From the NCBI RefSeq assembly GCF_964204865.1, contig NC_135263.1:14322001-14386000 (forward strand): a stretch of DNA of 64,000 bases. Direction: 5' to 3'. The position numbers and the translations under genes were made by a program. The notes under the pieces were generated by a model. It had not been told where the DNA came from. It saw only the letters and a program-made list of their open reading frames with translations, and did not search any database. Numbering within the stretch: the stretch's first letter is position 1; each line of letters begins with the position of its first letter. Below, piece by piece: positions 1-13,081 of this stretch. This DNA is from Styela clava (lineage: Eukaryota).

Positions 1-3000
1 ATCACTAGTAATTATGAAAAACAATCCAATATCTTGCGACTGCATGCAGAAAGAAGTTTGGAAATTTCTCCAGACTCACGACCAATCAATAATATCCCTA
101 GATGATCTTGTGTGTTCTTATCCATACTGGTCATTCGGATCAAGGCTGGCTGATTTAGAAATTGAAGATTTGACATGCTATAATGTCACAATGCAAAAAC
201 CAAAAAATGTAACCTGTAATGAATATGATAATTGCAAAATTTCATGCATTTTCGATGGATTACCACACCCAGAAACACAGTGGATATCACCAGGTGGGAA
301 AGAAATTTCCATGGAATCATTATTGCATGATGGACAACTGAGAAGTTTGTATTCTCTCAGCAGCGATGGTCATGTTCTCACAATAAATGATCTTCGTCTT
401 TCTAAAACTGGGATTTATAAGTAAGTTTTTTTTTCAATGACTTTCAACATTCTAATTAGACAAATTTTTAATCAGCAATTCTAGTTTTAGTATAAAATAT
501 TATGAGATCAGGATGTTTTGAAAATTTTAGTCGTGCAGCGTCTCAAATAACTTTGACTCGAAATCTGACTCTGAAGCTATATGAATCCACCTAGCTCGCT
601 AGGCTACAACAGTTCATTTAGTTCATGCCATATTGTTCATGGATTACCGGTATTACTAAGCTCATTGTTCTATCTGATTGAGTTTATACCAATTTTATAA
701 AATGTGCTTTATGCATTTATTGTATGTGAATAAAAAATTTAGTATGTCATCCATTAGCCCTTTGGTAGAAAAAGAGTTAGTATGAAGACTTCTAACACAG
801 TTAATTATTGAAAGTCGAATAAAACTCATGAAAAATTTTTGAAGTCTTAGCAAGGCACCTTGTTTTGCATTTGGTATACCATAGTTTTTTTTTCGTTGAT
901 TGATGTGATTTCTTATGTTCTTTGATTAATAGTCATCCACAGTTTCAATCTTAAATAATTACTTAGTATGTCGTGCTTCTAAAGCAAACCCTAAGGCAGT
1001 GTGTAGTAGATCATTACATCATATAAATAGTGGATGTCTGTTCTAAATTTATATTCTTACATGAGTACGCTTGGACCTTTAAATGTAATTGATTATGACT
1101 GAGAAATTATATTGTTCAAATTACATCCTGTAACATAGGGTATATATGCTAGTTTAATTCACATTGGAGATTCAATGAATTATGATTTGTTTTATATATT
1201 TCTAATTTTCGTTTATGTACAAGGCCCGGACAAACATTCGGTAATATCTAACGATATGTAAGGGGATATTATTTTAGGAGCGACCCTAATCTTTCTCGTT
1301 CGGCATTGCCTATCCAATTTATTACACACTGAGTGAGGTAGTGGGTAAAGAATTCGAACCCAAGATGGGTAACCTGCAATCCCTACATCAAGCATTTCAA
1401 TTAACCGCGATATTAGTTCTTCGTATATCATCAAGTATAGGAGTACAATTCCTGACAATATAATCTCTCAGAATTACTATACCTGAGAGGGATATTAATA
1501 AATCAAAAATTACCAGTACTGCAAATTCAAATTTTGTAAATGCATTTAGATGTGTTGGCAACAACAGCATCAGCTCAGTCACTGGTTTTGTGCAAGTGGG
1601 TGTAATTCTTGCTCCTGTTGGATCTATTGTTGCAATCGTTGTTTCCGCTGTCTCATTCATGGTTGCTATTGTACTGAATAGCGTCAACCTATTACAGTAA
1701 GTACATTTGAATTTTGATTTATCGGGAAGTAAAGAATAGTCTAAACAAATTAAATATTATATTGAAATGGAAAAGTTATAGATGGTCGAAAATGAAATAT
1801 TCACTATTCCGATTATAGTCCATAAATTTACGATGAATTGCATAAATTGTTCATCGCGTAGGAGCCAAATTAATTCCAAATTCTCTGTTAAAGAGGCGCT
1901 GAGTTTGCCTTACTGATTGATATGTTTCTTGCAAAAACAGCAATTTTTCACCTCATTTCTTGGTTAATTTCCTTGTCATTCTGAGGGTTGATGAAAAATA
2001 CAAACAATACCTAAATTTTACTACTTATCCATATTATTCTTACTGAGAAAATGAACGATCTATGATGAGTACCTGAAAAGCAAATCAAAATTAAAAGTGT
2101 ACACTTTTGAGACACCCTTTATATTGAATACATATGGGAAAAGTATTATGGGTCACTTCATACATCTCAGCGATTTTGATTTTAGGGGAAGTTTCAATCT
2201 TTTAATGTTGTATTTTTGTTATAGTATTATGCAAATATTAACACTAAATGTAACAAAATTTATTTTCAATATATTTTAATATAAGTTTTATGGGTCACTC
2301 GATACAAAATACTCAATTTTGATTATAAAGTAATTTTAATCTTTTAAGCAAATATTAATTTCCTGTAGAAATGACTGGTTTCAGTTATTGATTTGTTAAT
2401 TACAAAACAGTAATTTTTGATATGTGCTTGCCGCTTGGCTCATCAAGCTTCATTCATTTTAGTTTCTATTATAGGTTAAATGTCATCAGTTGTTATAACA
2501 TGCTCTACTATTTATATCTTGTCTTGAGGTGTACGATCAATAAACTTTTATATTCAGCTATTATTGTCAACACCTTCGTGATCAAAGAGCTAAAAGGGTG
2601 CAAGAGGCGATGTCATTCAAGACAGAATCTCCTATCAAATCTAAACGTAAAGGATTACATGAGTCGGAAGCTTCACTCAATGCAAACAAGTACTTATATC
2701 ATTATATTTTTAAATTTCTTGAAATTCCAATCAATTCAATTTAGAATACAGTAGTTTAATATTTGTAGGCCCCAAACAATTGATTTCTCATTTTTGAAAA
2801 AAAATTATTTTAAGTTTTGTAAACGTATATTATTTCTTGATTTTTATCAACATATTGTCTTAACTTACTCAAACAAGTCTAGGAGTTGGTGAATGATCTA
2901 TCTCCACCATCAAGTGAATCCACAATCATGGACTTGTAACCGGACGAGAGCCCATGGTTCGTTGTATAGTTAAGCCGTCTCAATGGCTTTCTTTTCTCCT

Positions 3001-6000
3001 GGGATAAATATGTGAATCCTATCCTTTTATTGTTATATGTAGAGAATTTTTTTTTAAAAATTGTTGTTTTTGTAATTCACAGATATTACAGAAAGTATGA
3101 CTTCACATGTCAGCAGGTATTCTTAGATACTGTTATTAAAGGTGCTCACACAGTCAAAAGAACATTGTATGATGCAAGGAATTCTGAATTTTCTACAAAT
3201 GTATGGGAATATGCTTCACACTTGAGGTGAGATAATACAAAAATGGGCGACTCATCGTGGATTTTGATCTGCTTTAAAAAAGTAGGCCGTGTTAAGAAGT
3301 TAGGGTGCATACTTTGGGTTAAACTGATTGTTTTATATGAAAAATAGGTATATTTGTCAGTCTTCAATAGCCTATAACATTTCTTCTTATGTGTTCTGCG
3401 ATTGTGTGTACGATTACTGACTAAATCAAAACTACCGTATATTGCACAAAGCAATGGATGAACGAGTCACGACAAAGATGTCACAATTTGCTTAGAGAGA
3501 ATGTAAAAATAAAACCATAGACCAGGTGAATGCAATGCCTATATTCTTCGTAATAGAATTCAGAAAACAATTTCTATCAACTTTTTCTCAAAACAGAGAC
3601 CGTCTACACATTGAATTACCTTCTTCGGTACAATTCCCTCGTGTTTCTATGCCGAGTATATCAATGCCTACAATCAGCATGCCCAACATCACTATGCCGA
3701 GTATGCCAAACTTTCAGGTATGAAGAATGTTTAATATATTTCAAACCTGAAGCAGATTTGTAGCTTAATCCAACCCAATGTTGCGATGCTGGGTGGTTTA
3801 CTGGTTAAAATTTTTTCTACCATCAAGTCCATGCATTTAAAACAAATAACTAGTCAATCATTCCCATAACGAACATGGAATGTAACCCGCGTGAGAGACC
3901 GTGGTTCGCCACGCTTAGCCATATTATCGGCTTTCTTCTCTCCTGGTTTAAATATGAAAATCCAATCCTAAGTTATAACTTTAAATTTACGGAGAATAGA
4001 ATCAAGATTTCTCAAATGGATCAAACATTTGAAAAAGATTACTTTATAGAATCGACTGACTTAGGCTTGCACGTAATTGACAAAAATCAATTCCGTAATT
4101 ACGGCAAAATCAATTACGTAATGACCCCGTAATTGCGATATTTTCCCACGCATTTAAACCTATCATACCAACCAATTGAATCCACTTCTTTTCCGAATAA
4201 GAAATTGAAGTTGGGTTTTCATATAGTACTACACGCCGGCGGCAGATGTTAAAGACAACTATCAAGGAGTGAATTCAAATTAATCTTGATCTTTTGTGTT
4301 AGCTTTGGTTTTCCTTTATCGCCTTCGCAAATTAACCGTCCCATTTTTATGCGATCAATTTTATTTTATCATTACCGACACTGGTATACGGATATTTATG
4401 AAAATGATAGTTTTTTAAAACCACCTTAGTACTGAATAAAAATTACGGGTTTCTAATTTATTAACCAACGACGAGCGTATTCTCTGGTTTGATTATACTT
4501 GAGATTTCCTCGCGACGAAGACTTGTTTTTGCAGCGTCTTCTGCATTATCCGACATTACTGCCTTGTTAGCATTTTATAATAATAATTATTGATGTCGAC
4601 TTATTGACGATATTCCGATTACCATGCTTCATTTTACATTTAATCATTTTGCGTAGTGAATGTTTATAACATAAATTAGAATTAAATAAATAGAATATAC
4701 TAAAATAGAATAAATTAACGATAAATTCAGATCAAATATTATTTATTTGCGTATAATGTGAATATCGAACTTATATGATATGCCTTCTCCAAAAATACAA
4801 AGTTATATCGCAAAACAATGCATTTTGTGACATTTATTTTACACTCACGACATTTATTTGCTGACTCAAGTCGGCGATCCTATCGGCCAAGATTGACACA
4901 AATTTGGTCGAGTGCCGGTGGTATTCAAGTCGACGATAAATCAAAATAAGTTGCCGCATTTGGTAAGACAGTTAATCATATATGGCCGAAATATTGGGAG
5001 GAATTGTGAAAAACATCATGAGCAAGGCCAAGTCCGAACTGATATATAACGATAAAACCGTTAACAGAACATCAAGATTTTGTAATAGAAAATGGATCTC
5101 GCACAGAATAAACACACTGGCTCATATTTGATAGCAGTTAAATTTTTAGTGGTCCGCGAGGAATCCGTCGTTTTGTTGTTTCTCTGCGGTCTCAATCGCT
5201 TTACCGATGCCGAGAAGACGAAGTTGCGTTGGTTCATTACGCAATCTCTCTTTTGTCGTCATATTACTATTTGATAAGCGCGACATTAATTATCACGGCG
5301 AGGTATTGGCGCGAGTGATCAATCGCTCTTTTCGCTTATTTGGTTCCAATTCGTCGCCAAAGCTCTTCGCTAAATTTCACAAGATCGTCGTATTGAAAGG
5401 TTATGGATGTTTTCCTGTTTATACCCCAAGTCTGAAATAAAACAGCCAAAAACAGTATGATATTCCATGTTCATATATCAAGTGTTGATATTAACAATAA
5501 AGAATGGTTAAGCATTGCTAATCAACACTTGGTGGGGAATTGCCACTATTTAAACGCGTGACTATAAAATAGAAACGGAACATATATACCATAAGGAACG
5601 GAAAACTGGAACAAGTAAATAATAAATAAAAGTAAAATGGATACAAATGTTTGATAGATTGATCTCCTGCGTTCATTAGTCATTTCACCCGAAGAAGTTG
5701 AAACCGGGCGTGTTAGCGTCCATCGGTCTTTACACAATTCTTCCCCCTATCTACGGTTATTATGTACATTGGCCATGGCCATGCTAGATAAGATGCGAGA
5801 GAAGTTGAAACCAGGTGTGTTGGCGTCAAACGGCCCTACTCAGTTCTTCCCCCTTAACTACGTTAATAATTTACATTGGCCATGCCAGATAGGTTGATAA
5901 TAGGTTAGTAAATGGCAACGCGTCATGCCTTCCTTCACCTACGTATCAAGAGAGAGAAAAGAGAGAAAAACGGCTGCGAATACCGGAACTCTAACTTCTT

Positions 6001-7511
6001 CTACTTGTTGAGCTTTCATTTTTCGCAATCGACGAAATTGACTGCTTTGAAGAAAGCTCGTTTCAATGCAATAATTACGACTTTACGTAATTCGTAACTT
6101 CCCTTCCGTAACTCCAAATAATTATGTAATTCCGTAAATCCGTAAATTACGTGCAAGCCGATACGACTGTATTCCATTTCCATATTGTATTCTTGGATTC
6201 AGAATATTTTCGCTCCAAAATTGTCATTCTGTGCAACATTCAACCCCTGAAACTGTAGAAAATCATACAATATATAGTTTAGTTCAACTTTTTATATTAT
6301 GAAATTAAATTTCTATGGGATGGTAGACGGTTTTGGTTACTTTTGGATATAAGAATATTGTTTCAAAAGACTTTCATATTGGTTTACAAGTTTTTGTTAA
6401 GTACCGTATGTTATTTTAGTAAATGAAGTCAAAGTCAACAGTTCACCTCTATGTTCATCTTATAGTATTTTAATTTGTTTCAGTCGATAAACACAAATAT
6501 AGAGAAACTGGGAACAAGTGTGATGAATCGCAGTCACAATCTTGCGACATCTGTTGGATCTGTCTTCACTTTGAGATGGCTGAGAAATGCAAACAGTGAT
6601 AATGACAGTGATTCAGGTGTGTGTTCTGCTTTTAAGTTACAAAAAAATGCCTTAAGTATCCTCAAGTCGCCTGAACTGGAATCTAGTCTAGCTGGGTGCA
6701 TCAGTGATTGTTTTCGACTCTTTAATCAGTACTCTCATTTTTTTTGAGAGTTTCTTGCAATGAGAGTGTGCTCTTAATACCCTGCTTGGATTCGCAGGTT
6801 TGAACCCTGTGGAGGATAGTTGTATGCGAGAGCATTGCTGTACTCCTACTCGTCTTAGGGTGGTTGTCCCAACCGCTGGTCGTTATGGCTTTCTCCACTA
6901 TTAAGTCCATGCATCTGAAATGAATAACTGGCTAACTATTCCCAAAGAAAGTTAGGTGTTAGAAAAACGTGACAAAAGTCTGACCCATGTCCATAAACCC
7001 TGCATATCCCAGTTTTAATAAATGAGAGATAGTAAAAAAATATTTGACACAGTTTTGTACCTTTTACCAAAGTTCATTTCGTTATTCAGATCTGGAATCT
7101 GCAGGTGTATCCCAAGTTCATGTTCACGTTCATAAAACCATGGATGGATCCACTCCTGGTTTACAATCAAGTTCGGAAAATTCACCCGTCAATCATCCTA
7201 AGTTTCCTAAACTAGAAGGATCAAGTTGGTTGAAAAGAAAGATGACTAGGCAACCAAATGCGTCTCGGGATGACTCAGCAGTTCCAAGAAGAACAAAATC
7301 AGTTCGTTTCTCTGAAGCGCAAAGACCTGATCCTGGCACATCTCATCTGAGACGAAGCGCTAGCTATTCTAATATTACATCCATATCAAGTTCCGATTTA
7401 CCCGCTTGTGTGGACGCATCAAGTCCACCAGATGATATAATACAAGAAGATAGAATAAGAGTAGTATGCATCAATGTTCCAGAAACATATCAGTTTGAAA
7501 CAACCGTGTGA
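1..7511 (+). CDS. LRR + Ig-domain single-pass membrane protein (LIG superfamily, NGL/LRRC4/LINGO/AMIGO-like architecture), 5'-partial. Exons <1-420, 1550-1696, 3083-3226, 3597-3717, 6484-6616, 7090-7511
   Basis: NNPISCDC...LVCSYP...LTC is an LRRCT cap, followed by an I-set Ig domain (ISCIFDGLPHPETQW...LTINDLRLSKTGIYK|CVGNN). The second Ig Cys appears only after splicing 420/1550. A hydrophobic TM segment follows (VILAPVGSIVAIVVSAVSFMVAIVL). All GT-AG junctions keep frame to the stop at 7511; the C-terminus is ETTV. Confidence 0.88.
2125..2350. repeat. Diverged ~150-bp tandem duplication in an intron
   Basis: The block 'ttatgggtcact...attttgatt...aatcttttaa' occurs at ~2145 and again at ~2288. 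Confidence 0.5.
2930..3025 (+). mobile_element. 3' fragment of tRNA-derived SINE family A
   Basis: gtaaccggacgagagcccatggttcg...gggataaatatgtgaatcctatcct matches the 3' end of the copy at 17910-18180. Confidence 0.75.
3780..3970 (+). mobile_element. SINE family A, partial copy
   Basis: Shares aagtccatgcat, gtaacccgcgtgagagaccgtggttcgcc and tcggctttcttctctcctgg...aatccta with the other copies. Confidence 0.7.
4062..6161. mobile_element. ~2.1-kb non-autonomous DNA transposon (hAT-like ends) in an intron of the LRR-Ig gene
   Basis: Terminal inverted repeats taggcttgcacgtaatt (4062) and aattacgtgcaagccga (to 6161), with clustered subterminal cgtaatt/aattacg repeats at both ends. No transposase ORF; TSD not cleanly recoverable. 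Confidence 0.7.
5690..5895. repeat. ~110-bp diverged tandem duplication inside the 4062-6161 element
   Basis: Two copies of agaagttgaaacc(g/a)gg(c/t)gtgtt(a/g)gcgtc...ttcttcccc...tacattggccatg. Confidence 0.7.
6765..6943 (+). mobile_element. SINE family A, 5'/central part
   Basis: B-box-like caggtttgaaccc followed by the family core aaccgctggtcgttatggctttctccactattaagtccatgcatctgaaa. Confidence 0.7.
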
Positions 7512-7738
7512 GAATTTCCACACTTGGAGGATATTGGTTTAACTAACGTTTAGTATTTGTCAAGCATTATTCGATGGCGGCGTTTTTGGGACCATACGGC
7601 AACTTATTGCGAGAAAACTAAGTTGATCAGTCAGTTTTATTAACCTTTATTGATTAATTACATTTTTAATAATTTGTATTATATATTATTAAGGTATACT
7701 CTTTCTTCTGCTGTGTATTCTCAAATGATGGTGTAATC

Positions 7739-7977
7739 TAGGGTTTCCCAAACTTTTGAGCTTTCAACCCTTCCAATATATAAAAATTTTCTGTGACGCC
7801 TGTAAAATCGACATTGTTATGCAATCGCGCCGCTTCTCTGATCTTATGTATTTTCTCGAAATCGTGAGATTTATGTTTTGTACAATTCTAAAAATGTACA
7901 TAAGATATAGTGCTTTGTGTGAAATTGGTATACACTTTGTGACCCCTGAAGTTTGTTTCCCAGTTCGCGAAGCCCTG
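7739..7977. mobile_element. hAT-type MITE
   Basis: Imperfect TIRs tagggtttcccaaac / gttcgcgaagccctg, flanked by a perfect 8-bp TSD gtgtaatc (7731-7738 and 7978-7985). Confidence 0.8.
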
Positions 7978-8727
7978 GTGTAATCTACCATTAAGCACTG
8001 TATTTTCACAGCAATTACTTTTGTTATTTATATAGTTTCCCTTTTAGCGAGTCTTTGGACAGGCAGTTACATGTACAGCAACTACTATACTAAGCAGTAA
8101 ATTATATTCAAACACTTCAAAACAGAATTCAAAATAAAATTTTGTGTCCATCAGACAATCAGTATTATATTTGAATTGATTTGAACAATATTCTTACATA
8201 ATTCTTCACAACCTTTTGATAACAGTATTAATACATTACATAATCATTATATGGATTTATTTTACTTTATATAATTAGATGAAAAGCATTATACTATTGA
8301 CTAAAGCTATTCAAAAGATATGTCTGAATTAAATTTTGAAAAAGTATCATTTTCCGAATACAGACAATTGAAATTACCGCTTTCAATATATTCAACTTCA
8401 ATATTAACGTATATGATAAGACCATAATTTATCTTGTGGAAGAGAATCTTGATAAGATATCATGATAAGACATGACGTTCTGATTTAAAAAGGTTTGGTA
8501 TATTGATCCATGTATTGATTAAATATATCGAAGCAAAATCCGTTTTTCGAGTTTCTCTGTTATGTTCTAAATAAATATTTTCTTCGTATATTTACAATGA
8601 AATTGTTATGATGCATATTTCTAATATCTGGTATATTCACCAGAACATACTATTCTTCTTGTTCAGAGCGAATGGTCTGTATTCCTCTCTATTATGTTGT
8701 TTTCTTGGATTTCTTCGATCTATGTTT

Positions 8728-8837
8728 GGACCTCCTGAAGTATGCGCACCAAAATGGCGCACAACCTGAACTCGGGTTGTGTACCAGGTTAGGGTTCAGG
8801 TTATGAGACATCTTGGTGCGCATACTCCAGGAGTACC
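8728..8837. mobile_element. 110-bp fold-back MITE (GG...CC ends, 8-bp TSD; Merlin- or hAT-like)
   Basis: Long imperfect TIRs ggacctcctgaagtatgcgcaccaa / ttggtgcgcatactccaggagtacc; perfect TSD ctatgttt on both sides; a second copy lies at 15854-15963. Confidence 0.82.
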
Positions 8838-10877
8838 CTATGTTTTGTCTATCTCCTAACTTGGATTATATTAGTAAATATTTATTGAAATTTTAAATGG
8901 TTTTGTCCAAGTGTTCGGAGAAACTGAGAGACATAATAAATAGCATTCTAAGTAGTGACATAATCATTTAATTAATTTGAAACTCATAACTCGTACCTGG
9001 ATGCCATCTATCCGGCATATTACTTCGCTGTATGCAGGTGCTTACTTTATTTACAACAAATTACAAACATTTTATTATTCATTCAGTTTATTCCATTACA
9101 TAAAATTTGAATAAAATTAGTAGATTTTATCAGCATCAATCATTTGAGCATATCAGTTAGGGTAATCACTTCAAAAGCTGGTTTGAACTGGTTGATACCA
9201 GTGTTGACAGGGTATTATGAAAATATACAAGGGGTATAATATGTGATATGCAAATATGGATAGATGCCATGCAGTAGATTGCAAGGAGGACTGAATACTA
9301 ATATTAAGGAAATGTATTCATATTAAACCTTCTACTTTCTGTTGAGTGCTGGTTATTTGCAATATTGCATTTCATGGACCTGAATTCTTGTAGCAGAGAT
9401 AATAGAAAATTTGCATGTCATGTATTTTTTTCACATTGTGATTATTCTATCATTTCGTCTTTTTCACTTTATTCCTGATGGCAATTCTTGCTTTGAATGA
9501 GTTGTTTATCAAATTTTTATTATGCAAGAGTTTGCAAACACCAGACGCTCTGAACCAAGATACTTCCTGTCTTGATTATTTCATTTTTTTGGTCAAATAT
9601 TAGGATGCAATGTCTGTTTACCCGTTGACATGGATTGGTCGTGGATTTTACGCTTTAATAGGACTTTTCACTCCCCAGATGGTAATTTCGTGCTTTGTAC
9701 AAAAATTGAGAAATTAAAAAATATTGTTTTGCTTCTAGAAAAATCTTTTTGTGATGTTTCATCTGAACATGTTAAGGTTGTTTTTGGGCAATAATTCAAT
9801 GATATAAAAGAAAAAGGAATTTTCAACTTTGAGTCAATAAATATACATCATAAAGTAGGAGGTAAAAGATTTTTCCTCAATTAAACTCTGTAAATAACTT
9901 GTTCTAAATGTGGATTGTAGTTAAAATCTTTCATCTGGGAACATCTGACCATATTAAAAGTCCAAGTTACAGAAATTAATTTTCTCAGATGTATGGGGAT
10001 ACACTAAAATGCGGCCATTTGTTTTACTCTGATGTTGAAATATTTCTGTGTATTGAATTGCTGGCGATTCCAATACACATATAGTAGTGTTGTTGACTGA
10101 TGTTGTCAAATCTGAAATTATCAAATGTGAAATTGCTATTTTCTGCTAGTTATTTGGTAATGGAAATTTAAATATATGCTCTATCATACTCATTTCACTC
10201 CCGCAATCTATAAAGCTTTAAGAAGTATTCGAGTTTTTGTGGTATATGTGTACCAAAGTTAAGCTGCACTATTATTTTTCCAATTTATGTTTTTTTTTCT
10301 TGATTTTTGATGACATAGTTATTGTTAATATAAAACATATTTGTCTTGAAACACAATCTCAAAATTAAGTTGAATAAATTGATTGCTGCAAATATGGATG
10401 ACTTCATAGCTCGTTTTGCTGCCTATCTGCGACTGTCGGAAGTATCACACTACATGATATGCAAAGTTGATACCGACAATCAGGGTATGATTAAGACAAT
10501 GGCTAGGCTATTTGTGTGGTTTCGTTTCAACAATGACGCCATACCGGTAGTAAACTATTATTACGCCATAGTAAGCTTTTCGCGTTTGTGTAAAAATGTG
10601 GTATGGTGTCATGAATAAAATTTTAAATTGCGTGAAGTACGAATAGACTACCTGTTCATGGTAGCGAGAGGTGGGAAGGCATGGCAAAAATCGCTTTTAT
10701 GACATTTTAAACCGGTCTTATTCTATCAATAACAAGCCTTTACAATTTGAAAACGATTTAAAAATGATTAATGTTTCCCCCTACGCTTCAGCTTACCTTG
10801 TCTAATGATAAATACGACACTGCCGATAATGCATTGATAGTAGATAATTTAACAATAAGGTATTGCAATAGGCAGAA

Positions 10878-11120
10878 AACAAGAGAGCTATGCTCAAATA
10901 TATGGACACGTAGCGCCACCTAATGGCAATAATTTTGATGACGTCATAGCAACAACAAAAAAGTAATAGCCTTCTGAAGAAAATATTTATCTTTAACCAC
11001 TGAAAATTTCAAAGCAATTGGTCCAGTAATCAAAGAGAAAAGCGACTTTTTAAAAACGTGTCAAAGAACAAGAACAGCAACATGATATTGAAACAATCGC
11101 TATGTCCACTAAGTGTCCAA
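10878..11120 (-). mobile_element. Helentron-associated (HINE/DINE-1-like) non-autonomous element
   Basis: aacaag end with a small hairpin gagc-tat-gctc, subterminal inverted repeat tggacacgtag / ctaagtgtcca, and a core aaatttcaaagcaattggtccagtaatcaaagagaa resembling such elements. Confidence 0.5.
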
Positions 11121-13081
11121 AAAGGCAGAAGTTTGCAATATTTATAGACAAACAGTACATATGAAGCTTTACCTAATGATATTCCAGCTCGACGAGCTTG
11201 GTAGGCGTCCGAAAATGTCATGTTTTGCGCCCTGTTTTATACAATACCCATAGAAAGTGGACTATTTTCCTGACACCGTGTTATGGTAACATGAATAGGT
11301 CAGTAATGGAAAATCATAACCATAAGTAAACTGAACTAAACTCTCTAGATAGACCTCGTTCACTTTTTAATAGAAAATGATATATATGCCGAAACACATA
11401 AAATTTCTAACAATGGAAATGGATGTGAATAAAAAAAATTACAACACGGTGAATTTAACTCTTTTATCAAGCGTCGCCAGACTTGCACAGATATTGGATA
11501 AATGGGTTGCAACAGGGTTAAACGTAACACTCTGCTTTGTTATGGTCAACTTAGCATATATGAGAAAGTACATGTACAATAAGATATTACATATATCCTA
11601 CATATATTGGAAGCTAAAAACAAAAACTTTCCGTATTTTCGTTTCATAACTGCACCCGATAGCAGTTTAAATTTTGAAACAGTCAGAATGCTTGTTCAAA
11701 AAGTTGATAGTTCATCCGCAATTTCGCTTCTGGTGGACCAAGCAAGAGCAGCTGATTCGGAATGGAGATTGTATCAGAAGAAACTGGAGCAAACACTTTT
11801 TCGTTTGCGGTAAGTCCACATAGTAGCTATTACCCAGTTATCAACATAAAAAATGAAATAAATAAATTTATATCCTTTGCACGAGGCCACAGCATCTAAT
11901 GTGTATGTACAGAACAAAACTTATAATATATATATATAATATACAACAAATTGAAACAAGACAGGGCGCGAGTGCAGATATCATCCTTGCACGGAATGTA
12001 TTTTCTGTTGCGCTTTTCCCAGTTGCAAAAATAGCATCTGACTCTTCTGGAACTTGAAGTGAAATTAGATTCTGGCCGGTTCTATCATAATCATGATGCT
12101 TACATACAAATTTAAAGTGAAGACGTAAAAAAGTCGGATGGTTATTAATGAAATTCTGTGGGTATTGTAAAATGAAAACTAATCCTCTGAAAAAATTCAT
12201 GTTGAATAAAATTCCATTATGATTCAAGGGCACAGTAACTCTTCACAGTAAATTCTTCTTTCCTTAGCCGCGAAATAAAACAAATAGTTCAGATAAGGAT
12301 TGTCTGTGATTTTAGTGAGCATATTAAGATGTATCGCCGCACCGGGACCTTTACATAAAAGTCTTTGACTGTATTCGCCTACTGCAATTAATTCGGCCGA
12401 TGTAGCCTATGCCCTATGTGACAATGATTATATTGACTTGTAGGTGATAAAATAAGCTAAGATCAATATCGTCTTATCAAAAACGGAAATACAAATATTC
12501 GTAACATTCTCTGACCATGTTATTGTAAAAATAATGTGGCTCAAAACGAAATCACGTAATCGAATTTTAAGCTGGACATTTAAAACGACGATCTTAATTA
12601 AATGTGAAAAAGTGAACACAAAATGATCAACACGAGCCGAAGACCAAAGCGAAATAATTGAATAATAGGCATTCGATCTTGTATTACCGAGGAACAAGCT
12701 GTTTAGTTTGTATATTCTATCAACATACCTTGATACGCGATACCACCATTCCGTGTTATGACATTGTTTAATATCAGTGAGACGCTTTAGCGAAGTGTTG
12801 ACATATCCTTGTTAAGATTAGCTGAACCAGTGTAAGTACATGAGTATTTTTAGATTAACGAAGAAAAAACAAAAACGAGATTTAGTTTAAGTAATTAGTA
12901 GTTTCCTAGTAATTACTTTAATCAATGTTGGCATATTTTAGATTGAGCATCGCACAATATAACCATTAGATTATTTTGCAGTATGCTCACGAAACGGAGA
13001 AGTGAATGTCCTTCTTTGCATTGATCCATAATATGAATATTTATAGTTACATTTAGTTGAAATATTTACTTCATTAAGATC

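Noticed and set aside
1213-1687. Minus-strand ORFs 1213-1458 and 1397-1687
   Set aside because: They are the antisense shadow of the TM exon and intron sequence of the plus-strand LRR-Ig gene.
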